Under the pieces are notes generated by a model, which was not told the origin of the DNA, made no database searches, and saw only the letters and a list, made by a program, of their open reading frames with translations. A program made the position numbers and the translations under genes. Of a stretch of DNA of 64,000 nt, positions 9,596 through 18,094 are shown one piece after another. Each line of letters starts with the position of its first letter. Position 1 is the stretch's first letter. The stretch is from an uncultured Ruficoccus sp. (lineage in GTDB: Bacteria; Verrucomicrobiota; Verrucomicrobiia; Opitutales; Cerasicoccaceae), in the NCBI GenBank assembly GCA_965140785.1, contig OZ223519.1:335356-399355 (forward strand), written 5' to 3'.

Positions 9596-10215
9596 AGAGG
9601 GTGCTGTGGATAGGTGGCTGGGGTTGCCCGGCTGAGTCGATGCGGGCTTTTGCGCAGGCTGTCTGCCCCGAGGCCGACCATCGCGTTGGGCTTCCGACTG
9701 CCGGATGTATCGAAAATTTGGATACGTCCGACGTGGACGTCATTATCGCTTACTCGACGGGCGCGTTCCTGCTCTGCGGTGCGCCGAAGATAATGGCGTC
9801 GGTTGAGCGCGTGGTGCTGGTGGCGCCATTCTGCGACTTTCGGGCCGAGTCCGGGCGCGGTGGAAAAACGCCGAGCGGAAAAATCCGCTTCCTGCTGCGC
9901 TGGTTGCGGCGCGACCCACTGGCGGCGCTTCAGGATTTTTACCCGCGTGCCGGGCTGGGGGAGCCGCCCTCGGAGCTTCCCTATGCGCAGGAAGATTTGA
10001 TCTGGGGGATCGAACAGCTCGCCGAAATTGCCCAGCCGTCTCCAGCCGATGCCAACCATGCGCGGGCGCACAAGCTGACCGCGCTGGCCGGGGATGCGGA
10101 CCCGCTGCTGGACCCGGAGGGGCTGCGGGCGGACTTTCCCGCGCTGCGGGTGGTGCCCGGTGCCGGGCATGCGCTCGGGGATTTTAGGAAGGAGCTGGGC
10201 GATGCGCTTCGGTGA
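9592..10215 (+). CDS. alpha/beta hydrolase, probable pimeloyl-ACP methyl ester esterase (BioH/BioG-like)
   Basis: GGWG oxyanion motif, AYSTG nucleophile elbow, D..GH; lies between bioF and bioC. Confidence 0.75.
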   Translation: MKRVLWIGGWGCPAESMRAFAQAVCPEADHRVGLPTAGCIENLDTSDVDVIIAYSTGAFLLCGAPKIMASVERVVLVAPFCDFRAESGRGGKTPSGKIRFLLRWLRRDPLAALQDFYPRAGLGEPPSELPYAQEDLIWGIEQLAEIAQPSPADANHARAHKLTALAGDADPLLDPEGLRADFPALRVVPGAGHALGDFRKELGDALR

Positions 10216-10912
10216 ACGCGCCGGGGAGTATGCCGCGCACGCCTTTGTGCAGCGCGATCTGGTGGAGTGGGGGAGTCGGTGGCTGCCCGATTCGCTGGCT
10301 CAGTCCGAAGTGCTGGAGCTGGGCGCGGGGCCGGGTCTGCTGACGCGTGAACTGCTGAGCCGTGGCGCGGATGTGCTCGCAACGGATCTGGCGGCAGGCA
10401 TGGTCGAGGCGGGTCGCCAGCAGTACCCGCAGGCACGTTGGGAAGTGATGAACGCCTGGCAGCCGAAGGGCGAGTATGACTTTATCTGCTCCTCGGCGCT
10501 CATGCAGTGGGCACGCGATCCGGCGGCGGTGCTGACACGCATGGCCGGAGTGCTGCGACCCGGTGGGCGTATGCTGCACTTGTTTTTTATCGATCCGACA
10601 CTGAGCGAATTTCGGCGGTTGGCCCCTGACTGGAATCCCTTCGTGTGGCGAAATTCCGATGCCTGGCAATGGGCTTTCGAGGCTGCCGGGCTGGAGGTGG
10701 CGCGGGCGGAGGAGGAGACGCACCGGATGGTCTTTTCCAACGCGCGGGAGCTGCTGCGCTTTTTTCAGCGTACCGGCGCGGTCGGGCGTAACCACGCACG
10801 ACCGGGCGAGCTGCGCCATTTTCTGCGTGAGTACGAGCGCCACTTTCAGGAGGGTGACGGGGTGGTCAGCACATGGACCTTTTTCCGCATCGAGGCAGTG
10901 AAGCCGGAGTAA
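10202..10912 (+). CDS. bioC: malonyl-ACP O-methyltransferase
   Basis: RFGERAGEY..AFVQ, LELGAGPG SAM motif, SSALMQW. Confidence 0.85.
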   Translation: MRFGERAGEYAAHAFVQRDLVEWGSRWLPDSLAQSEVLELGAGPGLLTRELLSRGADVLATDLAAGMVEAGRQQYPQARWEVMNAWQPKGEYDFICSSALMQWARDPAAVLTRMAGVLRPGGRMLHLFFIDPTLSEFRRLAPDWNPFVWRNSDAWQWAFEAAGLEVARAEEETHRMVFSNARELLRFFQRTGAVGRNHARPGELRHFLREYERHFQEGDGVVSTWTFFRIEAVKPE

Positions 10913-10969
10913 GGTGTATCCAATCAATGGATACGGGTGGCGGACTGATGGCCGCGCTTCCGCTGGCAC

Positions 10970-11791
10970 TCAGGAGACGTTGTGTCCGTTGCGTTCGCTC
11001 TGGCGGTCGCGGAGAATTTCCTGGGTGATGAAGGAGAAGGCCTCGTCCACCTCGTCACAATAGCGGAAGAAATCGAGCGAATCGCGGTCGAGCGTGTTAA
11101 AGCGCACCAGCGTCTCGAAGTTGATCAGTTCTTTCCAGTATTCGCTACCATAGAGGACGATGGGGATGTAGCGCTTGGCCTTGCGCGTTTTCATCAGGGT
11201 GTAGATTTCGAAAAACTCGTCCAGTGTGCCGATGCCGCCGGGGAAAATGACGAGCGCGCGCGCGAAGTACATGAGCCAGAACTTGCGCATGGGGAAGGTA
11301 TCGAAGTGCAGGGAGAGGCCGGGGGTGATGTATGGGTTGGGCTTTTGTTCGGTCGGGATCTGGATATTGATGCCGATGGTGGGCTCGCCCGCCTGACTGG
11401 CTCCCTTGTTGGCGGCTTCCATGATGCCGGGGCCGCCGCCAGTGGTGACGATGTGCTGCTCGTCGGCGGGGAACGTCTTGCGCGACCACTGGGCGAGCCG
11501 GTCGGCGAGGGACTCGGCCGCGAGGTAGAAACGCGACATGTAGTGCTCGTGACTGGCGTGGTCGAGCTCGTCCCACTCCGCGCGGTCCTTCATCACGAGG
11601 CCCTGGAAATCGTGGTGCAGGCGGTCCATGACGGACTGTGTTTCTGCGGGTGGTTTGATGCGGGCCGAGCCGAAGAAAACGATGGTGTTGTAGATGTTCT
11701 TTTGGGCGAAGAAATCCGCCGGCTCGCGCAGTTCCTTTTGCAGCAGCGCGAGGCGCTGCTTGAGCTCTTGATCAACGAAATCGGATTGCAT
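10970..11791 (-). CDS. LOG family protein (TIGR00730-like)
   Basis: FFGSAR, TGGGPGIMEAAN, FPGGIGTLDE. Confidence 0.9.
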   Translation of the reverse strand: MQSDFVDQELKQRLALLQKELREPADFFAQKNIYNTIVFFGSARIKPPAETQSVMDRLHHDFQGLVMKDRAEWDELDHASHEHYMSRFYLAAESLADRLAQWSRKTFPADEQHIVTTGGGPGIMEAANKGASQAGEPTIGINIQIPTEQKPNPYITPGLSLHFDTFPMRKFWLMYFARALVIFPGGIGTLDEFFEIYTLMKTRKAKRYIPIVLYGSEYWKELINFETLVRFNTLDRDSLDFFRYCDEVDEAFSFITQEILRDRQSERNGHNVS

Positions 11792-11916
11792 GGGGATGAG
11801 TTAAAAGGGCCAAGTCATAGCAGGCGTCAGATCTCGGCGGGACACAGTGTGCAAGGCTCGCCGCCGCTTAGCCATTCATAAGTCACTATGGGCGAGGCGG
11901 TGGTTCCGTGACGAAT

Positions 11917-11947
11917 AAAAAAAGCCCCGGCACGCGCCGGGGCTTTT
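11917..11947 (-). terminator. rho-independent terminator (possibly bidirectional)
   Basis: AAAAAAAGCCCCGGC-ACGC-GCCGGGGCTTTT. Confidence 0.85.
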
Positions 11948-11970
11948 GAAAAGTAAGATGTGAACTTTGA

Positions 11971-12810
11971 TTAGTTGGACGGGGAGACTTCAATCACCGG
12001 GTCCGTCTCGGGAGTCGGGGGCTGGGGGGGTGAAGCGGTGGGGTCGCCCGGATCTGCAGGGTCAGGCTGTTTAAGTAAGTCATCCATCACGGGATTTATC
12101 GGCCCGGGCTGAGAGACACTAGTGATGGTGGGGGCGGCATCTCCAATAACCTCACCGATAATGGTAATCTGTTCGCCGTCACCGAGCTCGCCAGAGCTCG
12201 AGCCGTCGGGGGTGGTGAAGGTCACGGTTCCGTTCTCTTTGGCGAAGGTGGTCGTGTAGATCGTCTGGCCGCCTTCTGTGGTGCTGGAAACCTCGGCGCC
12301 AAATTTGGTGCCACGGATACCAGCCGAGCCGACGGGGGTGTTGACGACATACTCGGAAGACGAACTCAGGTGCTTGGTTTCACCGGCGATCATACCATTT
12401 TGGAGGGATACCTTGGTGACAGACTTGCTCGGGTCCTGGACCAGGGTCAGGTAGGAACCGGCGGAGGGGTCAAAGGATTCCTGTTCGAACTCGTCGATCT
12501 TGAGCTCGGAGTTCGGGCCGAGGCGGATGGAGGAGCCGTTGGAGAGAATCACCACGGCGGTGGCGTCCTTACCCGTGTTGATGGTCGTGCCATCGCGGAA
12601 GATCGCGCCTCGCTTGAGGGGCGTGGTTTTCCCGAAGGTGTCGGTGATGGTGACCTTGCCTTTGACGAGGAAGGCCTTGATGTTGCCCTTTTGGAGACTG
12701 TCCACAGTACTTACTGTGTTATCCAGCATGTCTTCCTGGAGTTGCGCTTGGATCGCCAAGGGGAAAAGTGTTGCCGCGAATGCGGTCAGGCAAATGAATT
12801 TTTTAATCAT
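11971..12810 (-). CDS. secreted FecR-domain protein with Pro-rich tail
   Basis: Signal peptide; LSNGSSIRLGPNSEL and TPVGSAGIRGTKF FecR motifs. Confidence 0.8.
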   Translation of the reverse strand: MIKKFICLTAFAATLFPLAIQAQLQEDMLDNTVSTVDSLQKGNIKAFLVKGKVTITDTFGKTTPLKRGAIFRDGTTINTGKDATAVVILSNGSSIRLGPNSELKIDEFEQESFDPSAGSYLTLVQDPSKSVTKVSLQNGMIAGETKHLSSSSEYVVNTPVGSAGIRGTKFGAEVSSTTEGGQTIYTTTFAKENGTVTFTTPDGSSSGELGDGEQITIIGEVIGDAAPTITSVSQPGPINPVMDDLLKQPDPADPGDPTASPPQPPTPETDPVIEVSPSN

Positions 12811-12943
12811 GGTGCAGGTAGATGATTGGTTTTAGAATTATACACAACCAAACTATCCTTGGGACGCCATGCTGGCAAGCAAAATAACGGCTGCAAAAGC
12901 CCTAGGGCATTGGCTTCAGGGAGGATGAGGGGGGATGGCAGAA

Positions 12944-13276
12944 TCAGGGCGCAGCCAGTGGCAAACCCTGTCCGTCACGAAAGCTACCCTTGTTCAGAAG
13001 CCAGAAATCCATCAGTGGCCAGATGGCGAGAGCGGCCATCATCGCCGCAACGATGGCCAGGGCGGCGAGATAATGGCGACCGGTATAGGCGCTCCAACCA
13101 TAGTAGCCGCCGAGCGTGCAGCAGGCCAGGGTGCTCAGCAGTTGGAGGCTACCGATGAGCGGGCGCCCGGCATAGTAGCGGTGCGCACCGAAGCTTCCCA
13201 GCGTCACACACAGGGCGAGGGCGTGGGCTGTGTCTTTGCGGCTGGAGAGCAGAGGGGGAAGAGCGGGATCGGTCAT
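12944..13276 (-). CDS. TM2 (NINE) domain membrane protein
   Basis: [21 protein letters not shown] motif. Confidence 0.85.
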   Translation of the reverse strand: MTDPALPPLLSSRKDTAHALALCVTLGSFGAHRYYAGRPLIGSLQLLSTLACCTLGGYYGWSAYTGRHYLAALAIVAAMMAALAIWPLMDFWLLNKGSFRDGQGLPLAAP

Positions 13277-13347
13277 GTTTTTATTGGGGGGTCACATTTT
13301 TAGACTCGTTTTCTGGAAGAAAGTTTTCAAATATATTTAAAGCAGCT

Positions 13348-14106
13348 ATGCAGGTTCTTGGTATCGATGTAGGCGGATCGGGCATTAAAGGCAGTCCGGT
13401 AGACACCAACACTGGCGAAATGCTGGGCGAGCGTTTTCGTATTCCGACCCCACAGCCCGCGACGAAGGACGCGGTGCTGGAAACCATCGGGCAAATCGGC
13501 GAACATTTCGATTGGAAGGGACCGGTGGGGTGCGGATTCCCGGGCGTCATCCGCAAAGGGGTGATTTACACCGCTGCCAATCTGGACAAGTCCCTGGTCG
13601 GTGTCGATCTGGCCAAGGAGATCGGGGATGCTCTCGGTCAGCCGACCGTGGTTCTCAATGATGCCGACGCGGCGGGATTGGCTGTGATGCGCTTTGGCGG
13701 GGGGCGTGACGAGAAGGGACTGGTCATGATTATCACGATCGGCACCGGTATCGGGACCGCCTTGTTTTATAACGGACACCTCATCCCCAACAGCGAGCTG
13801 GGCCACACGTATATAAAGCTCAAAAAGGAGTCGGAGATTCACGAGGCCGAAGAGGTCGTGGCGGACTCTGCCCGCAAGCGGGATGATTTGAGCTGGAAGC
13901 ATTGGGGGCACCGGTTCAGGGATTATCTCAAGCACATGGAGCACGTCCTCAACCCCGACCTTTTCATCCTCGGGGGCGGCGCGGCCAAAAAGGGGGATAA
14001 ATTCCTGAAATACCTGAAGGTGGATACGCCCGTGAAAACGGCCACCTTGGAAAACCGGGCCGGCATCATTGGGGCGGCCATGGGCTCACGCGAATTTGGC
14101 CAGTAG
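13348..14106 (+). CDS. ppgK: polyphosphate/ATP glucokinase (ROK family)
   Basis: [35 protein letters not shown]. Confidence 0.88.
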   Translation: MQVLGIDVGGSGIKGSPVDTNTGEMLGERFRIPTPQPATKDAVLETIGQIGEHFDWKGPVGCGFPGVIRKGVIYTAANLDKSLVGVDLAKEIGDALGQPTVVLNDADAAGLAVMRFGGGRDEKGLVMIITIGTGIGTALFYNGHLIPNSELGHTYIKLKKESEIHEAEEVVADSARKRDDLSWKHWGHRFRDYLKHMEHVLNPDLFILGGGAAKKGDKFLKYLKVDTPVKTATLENRAGIIGAAMGSREFGQ

Positions 14107-14393
14107 AGTTGCCGGACGGCTGTTTCGCGGGGCTTTTATCAAAGAGGCAGCATTTCTGCGTGCGCACGGCTTCAGCGAGCCAGCGGCTTAGGCTGTGTCT
14201 TCAAATTATCTCACGTCGCATCTTACGCCGCTTTTTGTCTCAAAATCCATGTCCTCACCTCGACACGTCGCGAAGATGGACATATGCATCGCAGAGACGA
14301 TGCTGTAAGCATCGGAAGTGCAGGCTATGCCTGCCGCGGGCGCGGGCTGCGTAAGCCCGCAATCAATAGGCCGCGAACTTCAAACTCGGGACA

Positions 14394-14900
14394 CTAGAGC
14401 ATGGACTCTTCGCCTTTTTGTTTGGCACGCTGATTGATCTTGCGGATGACGGTGGGGCCGTAGATTTCACGCAGCTTCTGCTTACGCAGGGATACCGCGA
14501 GATCGAAGGCCTTTTTTTCGCCGTACTTGCGGATGGAAAAAGAGGTGCATTTCTGCTCGCCGGGGCGGGGCCGCCAACTGACCGAATAGCATTCGCTGAC
14601 ACGCCCCTGGGCGTCCTTTTTACGGGTACGGCTGACGCCCAGCACGCCGGTGGTGTTGCGGCTGTCCCGATAGACCATGCGCCGTTCACGTGGCTTCGGA
14701 GGAATCTTTTCCAGGCTGGAGTACAACTCGTCGCGGTAGGCCACGGCGGCATTCCACGCTTCTTCACGCCCTCCGGCCTTACGGTCACTGAAGAGCCGGG
14801 AGTAGGTTTTGCCATTCCTGTAACCGCGCACGAACCAACCGTGCGTGGACCCGGAATCAATCCGGCTAATGCCTTTCGCGTTGTGTCCATCAGCCATCAT
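14394..14900 (-). CDS. protein with two tandem AP2 DNA-binding domains
   Basis: GISRID..GWFVR..FSDRK.GG..A..AA..YRD and NTTGVLGVSR..W..FSIRKYGE..AF.LA..R repeats. Confidence 0.75.
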   Translation of the reverse strand: MMADGHNAKGISRIDSGSTHGWFVRGYRNGKTYSRLFSDRKAGGREEAWNAAVAYRDELYSSLEKIPPKPRERRMVYRDSRNTTGVLGVSRTRKKDAQGRVSECYSVSWRPRPGEQKCTSFSIRKYGEKKAFDLAVSLRKQKLREIYGPTVIRKINQRAKQKGEESML

Positions 14901-15179
14901 GTGCCCGGAGCCAATAGTTTACCAGTGCGTAGATTACTCTTAATTGAGCCATTATTAGAAAAAGAATATCTAATTACACCAGAAAATCAACTGATAGTTG
15001 GGATAATTAGGAAAGCCAATGAACAAAGCGCCTTACGAAAGGGATTGGCTGTGACAATCTCTTTACACGGAGCCTGCTCCCGGTATCAAAACGCGCGCTT
15101 ATTCCAATGGGTGGGACTTTCTGTGTCTTCAGTCACCCGCAGCCCTGTTCCCGTCAAACCGAAGACCGGATTAATAATC

Positions 15180-15839
15180 TTAAACTTCGACCCAGATTTT
15201 TCCTGCTGCCGAGGGGCCGATCTCCAAGGGTTTACTGCCGGGAACCTCTACGGTGAGAACCCCGGAGGGGCTGCTGACCTTGGCCACCGTAAACCGGGTG
15301 CCCGGAAGGAGCCCCAGGCTGCGCACATAGTCGAGGAAATCGGGTTGCTGATCGGCGATATGGGCGACTTTTGCCTGCTGCCCCGGTTCGAGCTGGGTCA
15401 GCTGATGCATATGGCGGTAGTGCAGCCGTCCCTCGCGGGTCGGGATCGGGTCTCCATGCGGATCGAAGCGCGGCTCGCCCAGAAATGCGTCCAGATGCTC
15501 CAGCAGCTTGTCGGAGACGGCATGCTCGAGGGCTTCGGCCTCGGGGTGAATATCGGCCCAATCCATTTTCAGGACTTCGGCCAGAAAGTATTCGAGCAGG
15601 CGGTGGCGCCGGAGCATGCCGACAGCGAGCTCCTTGCCCTTGTCGGTCAGGTGGACCGCCTGATTCTGGTCCTGGGTGACGAGTTGGGCTGTGGCCAGCC
15701 CTTTTACGATCGAGGTGACGGTGGTGGGCACAAGGTCCAGGCTGTCAGCGATTTCATTAATCGTGACGACACCGTTGTCGGTCTGGTCGGCCAGTAGGTA
15801 AATGTTGCGGATGTAGTTCTCGACCGTTCGGCTCGGCAT
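15180..15839 (-). CDS. DtxR/MntR family metal-dependent repressor with FeoA-like domain
   Basis: ENYIRNIY, RRHRLLEYFL, EAEALEH, DPHGDPIP. Confidence 0.93.
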   Translation of the reverse strand: MPSRTVENYIRNIYLLADQTDNGVVTINEIADSLDLVPTTVTSIVKGLATAQLVTQDQNQAVHLTDKGKELAVGMLRRHRLLEYFLAEVLKMDWADIHPEAEALEHAVSDKLLEHLDAFLGEPRFDPHGDPIPTREGRLHYRHMHQLTQLEPGQQAKVAHIADQQPDFLDYVRSLGLLPGTRFTVAKVSSPSGVLTVEVPGSKPLEIGPSAAGKIWVEV

Positions 15840-16183
15840 AGGAAAACCTCTTAGGTCAGGACCGGGTAAATTGCAAAACGAATTCAGACAAATCCGTGAA
15901 TCGGGTAGCAGTCATCCGCGCGAGAACCGCGAGGGTTTGGAGGGCTCGGGCGAACTTTTTTTCAGGCGCTGAATCTTCGACCTATAAAGAGTTCTTCGTA
16001 ACGTGTTAAGAATACGTAATTTTTTGTAGCGTAGTTGTTAATGAATGTGACTTCGGGCTTTATCGCTTGCCATAATTTTCATGCTCCATAGTATTACTCT
16101 CATAAACTAGGGTAAAGATATGAGTTAACCCGTCCGCGGGAAAATCGATCATTTACCCGGTTTTTTGTCTCCAATCCCCATTT

Positions 16184-16675
16184 ATGAAGTCTATTCTCCA
16201 ACGGCTGACGGGTCGCCCCGCCAAGCTAGAAGCGGTTCTTGCTTCAACGGAGGTGATCCCTCCTTCCAGGGAAGGCGCATGGATCGGGGTGGACCTGGAC
16301 GGTACACTGGCCAAGTTTAAAACATGGAAAGGGCTCAAGCACGTCGGACGTCCCGTTCCGGTGATGCTGGCTCGTATTCGCCGCTGGCTGGCGGCCGGTT
16401 ATCAGGTTAAAATCGTGACCGCTCGTGCGACGCTGCCGGAGTCTCTCCCTCCGATCCAGAAATGGTTGCGCAAGCACGGCCTGGAAGGCCTGGAGATCAC
16501 CAATCGTGTGGACATGGATATGGTGGAACTCTGGGACGACCGCGCCATTCACATCCGTGCCAATACCGGGCAGCTCTCTCGCAGCCCTTCGGTCTTGGCG
16601 CGTCCGCGGGCTCCTCTTCTGGAGGAAGCCTTTCCCCATGAAAATCGTCCCCGCCTCTCGTTTCTGGCCTCTTAA
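16184..16675 (+). CDS. capless HAD-superfamily phosphatase-like protein
   Basis: VDLDGTLA (DxDxT), IVTAR, WDDRAI motifs. Confidence 0.7.
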   Translation: MKSILQRLTGRPAKLEAVLASTEVIPPSREGAWIGVDLDGTLAKFKTWKGLKHVGRPVPVMLARIRRWLAAGYQVKIVTARATLPESLPPIQKWLRKHGLEGLEITNRVDMDMVELWDDRAIHIRANTGQLSRSPSVLARPRAPLLEEAFPHENRPRLSFLAS

Positions 16676-16690
16676 AACCCACACCTTTCA

Positions 16691-16849
16691 ATGATAAAAC
16701 TTGTCAGAAACAAGATTGGCACGCCTGGCATCCTTCTTACGATTGCGATTGTGATCGCTTTCTTGATCGGAGCTGTCGTCAGCCATGAATTCCAAGTCAA
16801 TCCTGATATGCCGGTGGTCGAGTCCGCCTCGGTCGACATTATCAACTAA
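16691..16849 (+). CDS. small single-pass membrane protein (52 aa)
   Basis: MIKLVRNKIGTPGILLTIAIVIAFLIGAVVSHEFQVNPDMPVVESASVDIIN; starts 15 nt after the upstream stop; below the ORF-track cutoff. Confidence 0.6.
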   Translation: MIKLVRNKIGTPGILLTIAIVIAFLIGAVVSHEFQVNPDMPVVESASVDIIN

Positions 16850-16977
16850 CTTGGACGACTGAGCCTCTTTGCCAAAAGGACAAGACCATGCCAGCCGGTT
16901 ATCGGGGCAGGGGGGAGTTTATCAGGAACTGAATCCAGGCCTGCCCGTTCGCTGTAGGCTGAGATATACGGGTGAAA

Positions 16978-17970
16978 TCAGGCTGGGGCGGCTGCTTCCA
17001 CGGCTGCGATCACCTGGTCATGCCAACGCCCATTGGTGGCCACCACGCCGCGGTTGTGCTTGAGGGTGCGGCCGGCGCTGAAGTCGAGCCGCTGACCATG
17101 GATGTCGGTGACGGTACCGCCGGCTTCTTCCATGATCAGGCAGCCGGCCGCGTGGTCCCAGATTTTTTCCTCATAGCCCGGACGGGTCGGCAACCGCAGA
17201 TAAATATCGGCGTCCCCGCGGGCGAGGGCGGCGTACTTGCACTGGCTGTCCATGCGGACAGAGGGCCGGTCGATGCCGAGTTTTTCGGCTACGTCCGCCG
17301 CCCAGTCATGCCGGGAGTGGCCGCTTTCGACCGATTCGCAGAAGCAGGCCTGGCTCGGGGCCGGGGTCGTCGAAACCTGAATAGAACGCTTGTCATCCCC
17401 CTCCAACGAGTGAAGCCATGCGCCTCCTGTGCGACTGGCGGCGAGCACACAGCCGGTTTGACCGGGTTCTGGCGCATTGAGCGGTAATTGGGGACAGCCC
17501 AGCACACCCAGCACCGGCTGACCGTCTTCAATCAGCGCGAGGGCGATGGCGTACTGATCATTGCGCAAAAATCCCTTAGTTCCATCGATGGGGTCCAGCG
17601 TCCAAAATAGCCCTTCACTTCCCCCTGGATACTGCCCCAGGTCAATGGCCGTCAGGATGTCCTCTTCGCTCAATCCGGGCAAAATACGCCTCACCTCCAG
17701 AACGACTTGTGCGTGTATGGTCGCGTTCGCGGGGTCGCGGAGGGCGGCGGCATCTTCTTCGGCCACCACCGGAATCTCAGGCGTTAACTCCTTTAGTCGT
17801 TGGAGGATAACGGCTTGAGCTCCATAGTCGGCGATGGTCACGGGGGACTTGTCTGCTTTGGACAGGGAACCGTCCTGATTTAAGGTCGCCCGGACGTGTC
17901 CGCATAAAATAGCGGCCTGGCGGACGGCATCGATTGCCATATGAGGGGAGAACTGATCAAACTTACTCAT
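16978..17970 (-). CDS. 3'(2'),5'-bisphosphate nucleotidase (HAL2/SAL1 type)
   Basis: KADKSPVTIADY, WTLDPIDGTKGF, CESVESGHS, MDSQCKY, EKIWDHAAG. Confidence 0.9.
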   Translation of the reverse strand: MSKFDQFSPHMAIDAVRQAAILCGHVRATLNQDGSLSKADKSPVTIADYGAQAVILQRLKELTPEIPVVAEEDAAALRDPANATIHAQVVLEVRRILPGLSEEDILTAIDLGQYPGGSEGLFWTLDPIDGTKGFLRNDQYAIALALIEDGQPVLGVLGCPQLPLNAPEPGQTGCVLAASRTGGAWLHSLEGDDKRSIQVSTTPAPSQACFCESVESGHSRHDWAADVAEKLGIDRPSVRMDSQCKYAALARGDADIYLRLPTRPGYEEKIWDHAAGCLIMEEAGGTVTDIHGQRLDFSAGRTLKHNRGVVATNGRWHDQVIAAVEAAAPA

Positions 17971-18094
17971 CAGAGGGAATTTAGTGCGGGATAGTGCGTT
18001 CTAGCAGGCAAAGGCGCTGATTACGGGATAAATCAACATATAGGGTAAAGTCCCCTGTTTAGTTTTTACTCTTTTTTACCGATACAAGGCTCTC

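Noticed and set aside
14107..14393. ncRNA or small ORF between ppgK and the AP2 gene
   Set aside because: Only short hairpins; no family motif or convincing ORF
14424..14439. Sigma-54-like TGGCACGCTGATTGAT
   Set aside because: The -12 element is TTGA rather than TTGC, and it lies antisense inside a CDS
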